The notes under the pieces are model-generated. The model was not told where the DNA came from. It saw nothing but the letters and a program-made list of their open reading frames with translations, and did not search any database. Shown in pieces: positions 1 through 8,047 of a stretch of DNA of 64,000 bases (within the stretch, counting starts at the first letter, position 1; every line of letters begins with the position of its first letter). The translations under genes and the position numbers were made by a program. The stretch spans positions 1 through 64,000 of IMG/VR virus record IMGVR_UViG_3300043399_000297; one strand, written 5' to 3'.

Positions 1-71
1 TCAATATCATTACGAAGTTGCCAATATATTCTGATAGAGTCTCTATCTTCTAGTAAATCAGTTATTTTCAT
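1..71 (-). CDS. Partial CDS running off the left edge (MKITDLLEDRDSIRIYW...), possible head-internal protein
   Basis: ATG at 71 overlapping the end of the upstream minus-strand ORF; frame open to window edge; not in ORF track. Confidence 0.5.
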   Translation of the reverse strand, partial: MKITDLLEDRDSIRIYWQLRNDI

Positions 72-255
72 CGCTAATGTCTCGCTGTAGAATTGATTGC
101 ACAAATCTGTTAAGATCATCAACTTGTTGCTTTAACGTTTTTCTTGTTCCATCCTCATTCAATGATTCAGTTGGAGTTTCTTTGTATAATCTTCGCTTAG
201 TCATCTCACATATCTTCCTTTTTACAGCTATCAGGTGATTCACATAGCAGTTCAT
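58..255 (-). CDS. Hypothetical protein (65 aa)
   Basis: ORF in a tightly coupled minus-strand run; ATGA overlap with the 252-416 ORF; true start could be the internal Met (MTKRR). Confidence 0.55.
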   Translation of the reverse strand: MNCYVNHLIAVKRKICEMTKRRLYKETPTESLNEDGTRKTLKQQVDDLNRFVQSILQRDISDENN

Positions 256-416
256 TTATTCGCATTATTACACCACTCATCAATTTCAATTGTTAACTCA
301 TCAATGCCTTGCCGTAACTCATCAAATGTCTTTGAGCCCGGAATGGGTTTTCCAGTAAGATTAAACTTAAGTTTATATGTGTCTTTGTATTCATTGATGG
401 GTTCTTCTTCGTTCAT
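252..416 (-). CDS. Small hypothetical protein (54 aa, MNEEEPINEYKDTYKLKF...NNANK)
   Basis: Read by hand; fills the gap between 420-938 and 58-255; starts 3 nt after the upstream stop and ends in an ATGA overlap. Confidence 0.65.
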   Translation of the reverse strand: MNEEEPINEYKDTYKLKFNLTGKPIPGSKTFDELRQGIDELTIEIDEWCNNANK

Positions 417-419
417 TTT

Positions 420-938
420 TTAGCTATCCATTGAAAAAGTTATGACTTGATATTTGATATCTTGGTTTATTCCACCATCATCAAATATTTGAACATCAGG
501 AAGCCTACCTATACCCCGATGATCCGGATCTTTGTTCACATATATTGATTCCCGGACGCAGCGCAATAACCGCTTGAATGTAGGATTATATATAATTTCC
601 GATTCATATGGTCCGTGCCAGGTAGTCACAATCGTCGGTAAGTTGTTGCATATAGCCTTTTCAAATGCTTCTATCTCGTCATCGGGGATAGGGTCATAAT
701 AATCTGGACCTCCTGTCAGGTACCAATACAAACTTTGCTTTTCCCAGCGGGCTTCCCCTCGCCCTCGCGGGCGATCTGCGTTAACTAACTCTCCTCTAGT
801 CCAGCCTGCTGATTTGAAATATGACATTAGCTCTTTATACGATGTCCATCTCGTATTGAAGTAATGATCCCTTACTACGTTTAACGAATCTCGTTTGAGA
901 TATCGTATTAGTTTTTCATCTGAGGTCTCTTTAGCCAT
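420..938 (-). CDS. Hypothetical protein (172 aa)
   Basis: ORF with TAATG overlap to upstream gene and GGAGG Shine-Dalgarno just upstream. Confidence 0.75.
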   Translation of the reverse strand: MAKETSDEKLIRYLKRDSLNVVRDHYFNTRWTSYKELMSYFKSAGWTRGELVNADRPRGRGEARWEKQSLYWYLTGGPDYYDPIPDDEIEAFEKAICNNLPTIVTTWHGPYESEIIYNPTFKRLLRCVRESIYVNKDPDHRGIGRLPDVQIFDDGGINQDIKYQVITFSMDS

Positions 939-1123
939 TAATCCTCCGTATACTCAAAACCGCTAGGAACAACCACTATACTACCGTCAATAAGTGTAAC
1001 TTCATATTCGGTTCTATCTGCACTTAAGCACACACTAGTATATTCACCCTCGTTGATTCCTGCATTACCAAGAGTAGCCTTATAAATCTCAGTCATCATC
1101 TTTTCATATTGTCTACTATTCAT
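938..1123 (-). CDS. Hypothetical protein (61 aa, start MNSRQYEK)
   Basis: ATGA overlap with HNH stop at 1120-1123 makes 1123 the likelier start than 1150. Confidence 0.65.
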   Translation of the reverse strand: MNSRQYEKMMTEIYKATLGNAGINEGEYTSVCLSADRTEYEVTLIDGSIVVVPSGFEYTED

Positions 1124-1875
1124 TTTCTTTTCCTTCCACCTATACACCATCCTTCACTCAACCATTGATCAAGTGTATCACGTTTAACTTTCTTTTCAAT
1201 ACCGTCTTTGTTGATAGATACATTACCTAGGACAGCGTTTCTTACGTTATCGGAGTGACCGGGTTTCTTAGCAACGCCCTTCTGTTTCAATGAACGCTTT
1301 AGCTTTTCTTCTTCGCTCATCGGGCCTTTGAGCTTGCCTTTATGCGCCTGTGACATTTTGGCGCGGGTTTCATCAGTTCTCTTTTGACCAATGACTTTAG
1401 CAATCCTTTTTTGTTGTGATTCTGCGGATAGTTTTGGTCTGTTTAGTGCTGCTTTTCTCAAATTCTCTCGGTGTTTATCTGTTATGGGAACTCCTCCTTT
1501 ATTCCACGGAGTAAGGTTTTTATTCTTCATCGTTTCAGAATGTATACGAGCCTGTTCAACTCTATTTCTTTCATACGCTCGGGATATGATGGGAGAATAA
1601 TAGCGGTCTTGTAGTTCATTGGTTGCGTTCATCCCATTAAACGCATAAACCATTTTACTATACGCTTCGCCCACTGTCATTTTAACTAAAAGCCAATGAC
1701 AAATTGCGTGTTCTCTACAAGAAAGATATACTAAATTATCTTTGTCGTTAGAACCACCTAACGATTGAGGAATTATGTGATGACGTTCTCTACCTCGTTG
1801 TTTCTTCCATTGCCTTGAAACGGCATTAGTAATAATGTTATTATAAATTTTAGTGTATTTGTTATTTTTGAACAT
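1120..1875 (-). CDS. Free-standing HNH homing endonuclease with C-terminal NUMOD3-type DNA-binding repeats
   Basis: ERHHIIPQSLGGSNDKDNLVYLSCREHAICH HNH motif; basic repeats such as RTDETRAKMSQAHKGK, MSEEEKLKRS, PWNKG. Confidence 0.88.
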   Translation of the reverse strand: MFKNNKYTKIYNNIITNAVSRQWKKQRGRERHHIIPQSLGGSNDKDNLVYLSCREHAICHWLLVKMTVGEAYSKMVYAFNGMNATNELQDRYYSPIISRAYERNRVEQARIHSETMKNKNLTPWNKGGVPITDKHRENLRKAALNRPKLSAESQQKRIAKVIGQKRTDETRAKMSQAHKGKLKGPMSEEEKLKRSLKQKGVAKKPGHSDNVRNAVLGNVSINKDGIEKKVKRDTLDQWLSEGWCIGGRKRK

Positions 1876-1880
1876 AATAG

Positions 1881-1888
1881 TATTTATT
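1881..1888 (-). promoter_or_regulatory. Late-type promoter AATAAATA, 5 nt before the HNH ATG
   Basis: Matches the recurrent TAAATA motif seen before structural genes. Confidence 0.6.
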
Positions 1889-1910
1889 CCAGAATCTCTC
1901 GTTCTAGTAA

Positions 1911-1939
1911 ATAATACTATGTTTTTGATAATTTTACAA
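1911..1939 (-). promoter_or_regulatory. Sigma70-like promoter TTGTAA-N17-TATTAT upstream of HNH gene
   Basis: -35/-10 hexamers with 17-nt spacer immediately downstream of the MCP terminator. Confidence 0.5.
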
Positions 1940-1941
1940 TA

Positions 1942-1967
1942 GAAAAGGGGACCGAAGTCCCCTTTTC
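1942..1967 (-). terminator. Rho-independent terminator after major capsid gene
   Basis: Minus strand GAAAAGGGGAC-TTCG-GTCCCCTTTTC: perfect stem, C(UUCG)G tetraloop, T-rich tail. Confidence 0.9.
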
Positions 1968-1998
1968 CATTTGACTCACTCTGTAAGTGATTGAAAAC

Positions 1999-3195
1999 TC
2001 ACTGAAAAGTTAAGTTCTGTACAGAAATTTCCCCAACGTAATCGGCGGCATTACCAAAACTGCTTGCGGTGTTAGTTAGTTCGATGTAACCGTAACGAGT
2101 CATAAAGCTTACGACTGGTTCGAAGGTTGACGGATCGAGGACAACGCCTGAAGACATTAGCGGAATATATGGGCAGTAGAACGCAGCAGCGTCAGTCTCA
2201 CTTGAACCCTTGTAGCCAACAAGTACTGGCTGGGTGTCAGGAGCATAGCTGTTTACGAATACGCGCATTGCACCGTTAAGAGTACCAACAAACTTAGTGT
2301 TAGTTGGAGCTTCAAATGTTCCTTCTGTAGTTCTTGCGAATGCAGAAGTGGTAGCTGACTGAAGAACAGTCAATGAAGCAGGTGAAACAACTGCCCAGTT
2401 ACCTGCACCACGACGAGTGCGCTGAGCAATCAAGTTTGCAACACGGTTGATAAGAACAGCAAGAGCAGCGTGTTCGTCACCAACGTAAGTAGCAGTACCT
2501 GATACAGTTGCCTGATTGTAAGTGTATTCAGTTGAAGCAAGAGTTGCCAAGCTGAGCAAGATTTCCTGGTCAATTTCAGCAGTGATTTCTTGTGCAAGAG
2601 CAGCCATAATTTCTGCTTCTACGTCGATACCGTGCTGTGACTGAGCATCCTGAGCAGCTTCGAAAGTCCAGCGAGCTTGTAGCTTACGTGACTTGGCTTC
2701 AACAGCCTGACGAAGGATCTGAACAGAAATCTGCTTACCACCATTACCTTCAAGTGATGCAGTGTTAGCACCAGTATAGAAGTCAGTTTCAGTTGCGTCA
2801 AGAGGAACACGGGAATATGCCTGTGCAATCTTGAATGGTGATAGAGCTTCTTCACCAGCAGTTACAGAAGTTGCTGCTGCTGAGTTGTCAGTTAAGCTAT
2901 TTGCATAGCGAACACGAAGCGTGTGAATCTGGCCAACTGGACCAGTCATTGGCTGAACACCAACGAGTTCATTTGCGATAACAGTTGGCATAACACGACG
3001 AATTACCGGAAGGATAACGCGATTAAGTGTTGCAATGTTACCAGCAGTGGTTGTGCCGGCAGTAGATTCTGCGAGCAACTGCTTGCGGGTATTTTCAAGC
3101 AATACGCCCATTGTTGAGCGACGATTGCCCTTTAAGCCTTCAAGCAGGGCGCCCTTAGTTTCGTCCCAACGGCTTTCTAAAAGTACTTTTGACAT
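1999..3195 (-). CDS. gp23: Major capsid protein (T4 gp23-like)
   Basis: VGVQPMTGPVGQIHTLR, AKSRKLQARWTFEAAQD, AEIDQEI, FYCPYIPL, FMTRYG motifs; AGGAG RBS; follows scaffold gene. Confidence 0.97.
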   Translation of the reverse strand: MSKVLLESRWDETKGALLEGLKGNRRSTMGVLLENTRKQLLAESTAGTTTAGNIATLNRVILPVIRRVMPTVIANELVGVQPMTGPVGQIHTLRVRYANSLTDNSAAATSVTAGEEALSPFKIAQAYSRVPLDATETDFYTGANTASLEGNGGKQISVQILRQAVEAKSRKLQARWTFEAAQDAQSQHGIDVEAEIMAALAQEITAEIDQEILLSLATLASTEYTYNQATVSGTATYVGDEHAALAVLINRVANLIAQRTRRGAGNWAVVSPASLTVLQSATTSAFARTTEGTFEAPTNTKFVGTLNGAMRVFVNSYAPDTQPVLVGYKGSSETDAAAFYCPYIPLMSSGVVLDPSTFEPVVSFMTRYGYIELTNTASSFGNAADYVGEISVQNLTFQ

Positions 3196-3225
3196 TTATA
3201 ATTCTCCTAAACTATGTCGTTTTTA

Positions 3226-4335
3226 TTAAAGCCCTGCCAGACGCTTAATGTCGATTACATTGTCAGTAAACTCTGGATCGACTTCTTCAATCTTATTGGC
3301 AGTTTTATCTCCGGTTGCTTCTACAATAACTGATTCAGTTAAGGTCTTCTTATTTGCCTTAACTTCTGTTGAACCGTTATTGAGAACAGCTGGTAGATAC
3401 TTATCGAATGCGTGTTGTAGACGGTCTGTCTGCACGCTTTCAAGTAAAGTCTTCATTACTTCTTTCTTCTCCTCATTGAGTGGGGACAACAAGTTATTCA
3501 TTGTCTTCTCTCTTTGAGTAGTTTCTTTAATAATTCTAACTTCACGTTCTTTGCTTTCTGCGAGACGCTTCATATTGTTGAGTCTTGCAGTAGCTTCTTG
3601 TAATTGCTCGTCCTTCTGTGCGAGAGCTTTCATTACCTTACGAGTTTCAGCTTTATCATTTAGATAAGTTACGCTGAATTCGCTTGCAAAAGCCTCGAAC
3701 AACTTACGACCAAAACTATTCTCTCTTGCGATTTGAATATCTTCTTTAAGTTGTGATAGTTCACCCTTAAGATGATTTCCGACCATACCACTAACTTTCT
3801 TGGCACTCTCAGCAACAAACTTGCTCTTAAGTGCTTCCAATTGCTTGCGGCCTTCAGCAACGAGTTTAACCTTAGCTTCAACTACAGCCTGTCTATCCTG
3901 TGAGAATTCTTTGATTTCTCTGGCTAGAGCGTGTACGATGAACTTCTCAAGCTTTTCTTGATTTTCCATCTGTGCCTTGCGATCAGTACGAAGTTCTCTA
4001 ATTTCTTCAGCCAACTTAGTGACCATAAAATCGTTGAACTTAGTTGCGTTTTCGCGAAGCTTAAGCTGTGATCTTACTCTTTCTTCATTCATTGCTTCTC
4101 TTTCAGAACGGAATTCTGCAATTTCGTCTGAGAGATTGTCTGTCATCATCTTATCAAGAGCTTCTACCATAACATTACGGTCATGTTCGTAACGTTGTGC
4201 AAATTCCTCACGGAGTTCTGCACGTACCTGTTCACGAGCTTCATTCAACTTAACTTCCCAGGCTTCGTTTAACTGCTGCCCGATATCTTCATTGATGAGA
4301 CCGCTTTCAAGTAATGGCTTAATAGCATCTAACAT
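3226..4335 (-). CDS. gp22: Prohead core scaffolding protein (gp22-like)
   Basis: Long Glu/Lys-rich coiled coil between protease and MCP; many L/I-x-E putative cleavage sites. Confidence 0.85.
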   Translation of the reverse strand: MLDAIKPLLESGLINEDIGQQLNEAWEVKLNEAREQVRAELREEFAQRYEHDRNVMVEALDKMMTDNLSDEIAEFRSEREAMNEERVRSQLKLRENATKFNDFMVTKLAEEIRELRTDRKAQMENQEKLEKFIVHALAREIKEFSQDRQAVVEAKVKLVAEGRKQLEALKSKFVAESAKKVSGMVGNHLKGELSQLKEDIQIARENSFGRKLFEAFASEFSVTYLNDKAETRKVMKALAQKDEQLQEATARLNNMKRLAESKEREVRIIKETTQREKTMNNLLSPLNEEKKEVMKTLLESVQTDRLQHAFDKYLPAVLNNGSTEVKANKKTLTESVIVEATGDKTANKIEEVDPEFTDNVIDIKRLAGL

Positions 4336-4350
4336 CTGATTGATTCCTTT

Positions 4351-4989
4351 TTATATTTTGAGTTCTCGGATGAGACGCTTTACTTCCTCACCCAGGAATC
4401 TTTGTACTTGCTTGTCGCCCTGTGCTTCCTTAGCAATCTCAAGCATTTTATGTCCGTGCTTCATATTCATAAGACTTTCATAAATTGCTTTGGGATATGC
4501 ATTTGGTGCGCTAGGCTGGGCGACGATATCGACGGTGATTATTTCAAAATCACTGACTTTACCATCCATATCGTTTACATTACCTGATCCACGACTAGAT
4601 ACGCCTAGTTTTACACCGGACTCCAACATTGTTCTTACGAGTTGACCCATTGGAGTAGGAAGAATTTTTAGTTTACCGAAACCATTAGCACCATCCATCC
4701 ACATACTAGTAATCATATGGGATACACGATCTAAATTGATTTTAAGATCATCAGGGTGATCAACTTCCCCGAGTACACTGTAGCCTTCTGAGATTTGCTT
4801 GTTTAAAGTATCTACGGCATTTTCAATTTCATTGACGGGGTAAATACGCTCGTTTGCGTTCTTTACCCCGCCCTGAATGAAAATCCCCTTCATATAGAGG
4901 GTCTTAAAATCAGCGCCCTCTTCTTTGACAGATTCGACAATCAAGCCTGCTCTGTCGAAGGTTAGATTCTCTCTGAGATACAAAGCCAT
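4351..4989 (-). CDS. gp21: Prohead protease (gp21-like)
   Basis: GIFIQG..NANERIYP, LGEVDHP, GVSSRGSG, DIVAQPSAPNA motifs. Confidence 0.95.
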   Translation of the reverse strand: MALYLRENLTFDRAGLIVESVKEEGADFKTLYMKGIFIQGGVKNANERIYPVNEIENAVDTLNKQISEGYSVLGEVDHPDDLKINLDRVSHMITSMWMDGANGFGKLKILPTPMGQLVRTMLESGVKLGVSSRGSGNVNDMDGKVSDFEIITVDIVAQPSAPNAYPKAIYESLMNMKHGHKMLEIAKEAQGDKQVQRFLGEEVKRLIRELKI

Positions 4990-5006
4990 TCTCTCAGTTT
5001 TCCTTC

Positions 5007-5864
5007 TTAGCGAATTCTACGCTTAGCAGAACGACGAGATTCTGCTACTGGGCTTCTAGCATTTGAACCGTCATCACCGTGCTTTGGCTTAGGAGCTGCT
5101 TCACCCTTCTCCTTAAAATTGCCTTTACCTGGGCTATTCTTGAAGTTACCTGCACCCTTTACTTGAGTTTCGCCCTTTGAATAGAAGTTACTTGGGCCCT
5201 TAGGAGCAGTCGGAACTGATTCACTTGCACCGCTAAAGTTTACTGGATGACTATCCATTCCTGCCTGGCCTGAACCCTGAAGTCCTGGGCTCTTAGTATA
5301 TGCGCCGTTGTCACCGTGAGTTACTGAAACCTTCTGAAGCTGCACGTTTTCCATAACGTCTTCAGAATCTTCATCACCCATATCGAAATCTGCGTCGCCT
5401 TCTTCATCACCCATATCGAAATCTGCGTCGCCTTCTTCGTCACCGAATTCGTCACCTAAATCTTCGTCGCCTTCTTCGCCGCCCATAATTTCTTCAAACT
5501 CAGCCATCAACTGGTCGAGCTTGTCTTCGATACGGATTAAAGTTTCTTCTTCCTCATCTTCTGAGTCTATGTCAAATTCTTCGTCATCGCCGCCGAGTTC
5601 GATATCGCCTTCTTCGTCACCGAATTCGTCACCGAATTCATCTTCATCAAGACCTTCTTCTTCGCTTGAAATTTCGTCCATGAGGTCGCCGACTTCACCG
5701 ACCATACCTTCGTCAAGTTCTTCGTCATCCATTTCTTCGGCCATAATTGACTCAAAGATTTCTCTTGACTTCTCTACAACGATTTCGTGAAATAATTCGC
5801 GTGCTTGTGCTTCATCTTCGTTGATCACGAGGTTGATCAACTGTTCGTATTTTCTAATGTCCAT
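5007..5864 (-). CDS. Highly acidic prohead core protein (gp67-like position)
   Basis: Asp/Glu-rich low-complexity protein between portal and protease; CAGGAG RBS. Confidence 0.7.
   Translation of the reverse strand: MDIRKYEQLINLVINEDEAQARELFHEIVVEKSREIFESIMAEEMDDEELDEGMVGEVGDLMDEISSEEEGLDEDEFGDEFGDEEGDIELGGDDEEFDIDSEDEEEETLIRIEDKLDQLMAEFEEIMGGEEGDEDLGDEFGDEEGDADFDMGDEEGDADFDMGDEDSEDVMENVQLQKVSVTHGDNGAYTKSPGLQGSGQAGMDSHPVNFSGASESVPTAPKGPSNFYSKGETQVKGAGNFKNSPGKGNFKEKGEAAPKPKHGDDGSNARSPVAESRRSAKRRIR
5368..5433. repeat. Perfect 33-bp tandem duplication (in frame, EGDADFDMGDE x2)
   Basis: TCTTCATCACCCATATCGAAATCTGCGTCGCCT at 5368-5400 and 5401-5433. Confidence 0.95.
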
Positions 5865-5900
5865 TGAATTGTTCTCCTGATAGAAATGGCTTTGTAAAGT

Positions 5901-5908
5901 TACTTATG
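5901..5908 (-). promoter_or_regulatory. Variant late promoter CATAAGTA
   Basis: One mismatch from TAAATA core, ~35 nt upstream of the 5864 start. Confidence 0.45.
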
Positions 5909-5971
5909 CCGTAGTCAGGAAAACACCGTATTAAGTGCGTATTTTTTACATTTTTAGTATATATAATAGAA

Positions 5972-6205
5972 TTATACTGAAGGGGCGCCGGCACCCTCTT
6001 CAGGCTTAGCACCGTACTGTTTACGAACCTTACCTAAATAAAGTTTCTTTTCATAATTTCTAACGTCAATCATTCTACGTAATTTACGTATTTGCTTTAG
6101 CGTGAGTTTAGTTTTGCGGCTGGTTCGATACACAGGCTTACTATTATCTTGATTAGTATCCTGAAAACCCTGTACGGGCGGATCAAACATTTCGAATAGC
6201 TGCAT
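5972..6205 (-). CDS. Small basic head-assembly protein (gp68-like position)
   Basis: 77 aa, RKTKLTLKQIRKLRRM; directly after portal; own GATAAATA promoter and GGAG RBS. Confidence 0.7.
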   Translation of the reverse strand: MQLFEMFDPPVQGFQDTNQDNSKPVYRTSRKTKLTLKQIRKLRRMIDVRNYEKKLYLGKVRKQYGAKPEEGAGAPSV

Positions 6206-6226
6206 TTAAAATATCTCCGTATTAGA

Positions 6227-6234
6227 TATTTATC
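6227..6234 (-). promoter_or_regulatory. Late promoter GATAAATA
   Basis: T4 late-promoter-like (TATAAATA) octamer in a 31-bp intergenic gap. Confidence 0.7.
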
Positions 6235-6236
6235 TT

Positions 6237-8021
6237 TTAGATTTGCATTGGGCCGCCTGGTGGCGCACCTGCTGCTGCTGCGCCACCAGCTGCTGGGGCG
6301 CCTGCTACTGGACCTGCAGTTTCAGGTCCCATTCCTGCTTCTTCTTCACCTGCCTCAATTTCATCTGCCGTTTCTAAGTCGGTGTCAAAGTCACCAGTAG
6401 ATACACCAATGTTACGTAGATCACTACCTGTAGGTTCTTCAACCTTCTCCTCAGTATTTTCTTCTTCCCAAAGCTTTTCGTTCTTTTTGATTTCTTCTTC
6501 GGTTAAACCTAAGAATCGTTCAAGTGCAAATCTCTTTGAGATATAAGGCAATGCTTCCATTGCAGTAAATGTAGCTGAACGTGCAGTATCCAATTCACTT
6601 TGACGATATGCAGCAAAGTTTTGAGGAGGGTTGAATACTAGATTGAATAGTCCAGTGTCAATATTGAATCCTCTCCAACGCAAGAATAATTTAAATTCTT
6701 CGTCTAGTTTTAGAGCGATATAATTCTGTAGTCTCTCACAATACTGATTAAATCTGAATTCTTGAATCATAGCAGTACCAACACGACCGTCACTCAACGG
6801 AGTCTGACTGTCATCTGGTCCTGTAGGAAGATAGCTTGATGGAACACGAAGACCGCGAGCAAGTCTATTATTGAAATAACGCAAGTCATCAATTTCGCCC
6901 AAGTTCTGGCCGCCGGGAAGAACTTCAACGCTTGATCCACGACCTTCTGCTGTTACAGGGAAGAAGTAGTCTTCATTCATTGAGAGTGGGTTATATGTAG
7001 CATCTACGATTGATTGTCCACCATATAATGAGGGAATTCTACGCTGGTGAATTTCGTTCTTGACTCGTTCAACGAATGCCATAGCCATATGACTTGGCAT
7101 ATTGCCAACGTCAATCTTGAACATTCTACGTTCAGGAGCACGTTGCACACGATAGATTAGAACAGCGTCTTCTAATAGTTCTTTCTGCTTGTAGACCTTA
7201 AATATGTTTTCTAGAATGCTCTGTCCGAATGGCCAGAATCTATCAAGCCCTTCTGTCAAACTCAAGTGAACAATATGCTTACCGTCTACCGCAGACTCAC
7301 TCTGTCCTAGCGTGAAACGTGATCCCGTAGTGTTGTATGGCATTGCGGGAACAGTGTAAGGAGTGTTGGTGCCACCGCCACTGCCCCCTAATCCAGTTGC
7401 TGGATTAGCTGCAAAGTCAGTATTCGTCTTTTGTGCAACACTCAAATTCTGTAGGTTAATGTTCAAATCCTTGAGAACATACTGTTCGGGCTTCTTACCT
7501 TCACTTTCGTTAACAATAACTTTTATGACTTTAACCATATCTACCCAGTATAACTTAAAGTTTTCTGGATCGCGAACAAATACTTGATCTCCATACTTTA
7601 CGACATTTCTAAAAATCTTAAAGATACGAACATCAAATTCATTTAATTTGCACCACTGTTGTAATTGTTTACCTAACAATTCAACTTCGTGTGGTGTCGG
7701 TTCTTCTTTGAATTCAAAAGAGAACGGAGTTTTGTTATGCTCATTGCGCTGAGTACTAAATTCTGCAATAATATCCAAACAAGCATTGATTTCAGCATCA
7801 ACATCCATCATTTCATATTGATTATAACGTTCAATTCTATTAGGGTGACCCGTGTAGACTTCTGGGAGTCTACTCATATAGTTCTTATAGCCGAATTCGG
7901 TATTATTCCAACCACCTGTAGGTGAGTCATTCATCCCATTCCAAGTGCCGCTGTTACTATTGGCACCTGAAATCGGGCTCGACACACCTGACTTGTTTAA
8001 GAATTTCTTTTTATATGGCAT
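6237..8021 (-). CDS. gp20: Portal vertex protein (gp20-like)
   Basis: LLEDAVLIYRVQRAPERRMFKIDVGNMP, EDYFFP, LPGGQNLGEIDDLRYF motifs. Confidence 0.96.
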   Translation of the reverse strand: MPYKKKFLNKSGVSSPISGANSNSGTWNGMNDSPTGGWNNTEFGYKNYMSRLPEVYTGHPNRIERYNQYEMMDVDAEINACLDIIAEFSTQRNEHNKTPFSFEFKEEPTPHEVELLGKQLQQWCKLNEFDVRIFKIFRNVVKYGDQVFVRDPENFKLYWVDMVKVIKVIVNESEGKKPEQYVLKDLNINLQNLSVAQKTNTDFAANPATGLGGSGGGTNTPYTVPAMPYNTTGSRFTLGQSESAVDGKHIVHLSLTEGLDRFWPFGQSILENIFKVYKQKELLEDAVLIYRVQRAPERRMFKIDVGNMPSHMAMAFVERVKNEIHQRRIPSLYGGQSIVDATYNPLSMNEDYFFPVTAEGRGSSVEVLPGGQNLGEIDDLRYFNNRLARGLRVPSSYLPTGPDDSQTPLSDGRVGTAMIQEFRFNQYCERLQNYIALKLDEEFKLFLRWRGFNIDTGLFNLVFNPPQNFAAYRQSELDTARSATFTAMEALPYISKRFALERFLGLTEEEIKKNEKLWEEENTEEKVEEPTGSDLRNIGVSTGDFDTDLETADEIEAGEEEAGMGPETAGPVAGAPAAGGAAAAGAPPGGPMQI

Positions 8022-8039
8022 ACTATTTCACTTTTATTG

Positions 8040-8047
8040 TATTTATT
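8040..8047 (-). promoter_or_regulatory. Late promoter AATAAATA upstream of portal
   Basis: TAAATA core in the short gap before the portal gene. Confidence 0.6.

Noticed and set aside
5909-5960. Possible upstream element AAAAATAC(G)CAC near late promoters (also ~15995 and ~22143)
   Set aside because: Only three loose matches with inconsistent orientation and spacing in AT-rich DNA; not supportable without a motif search
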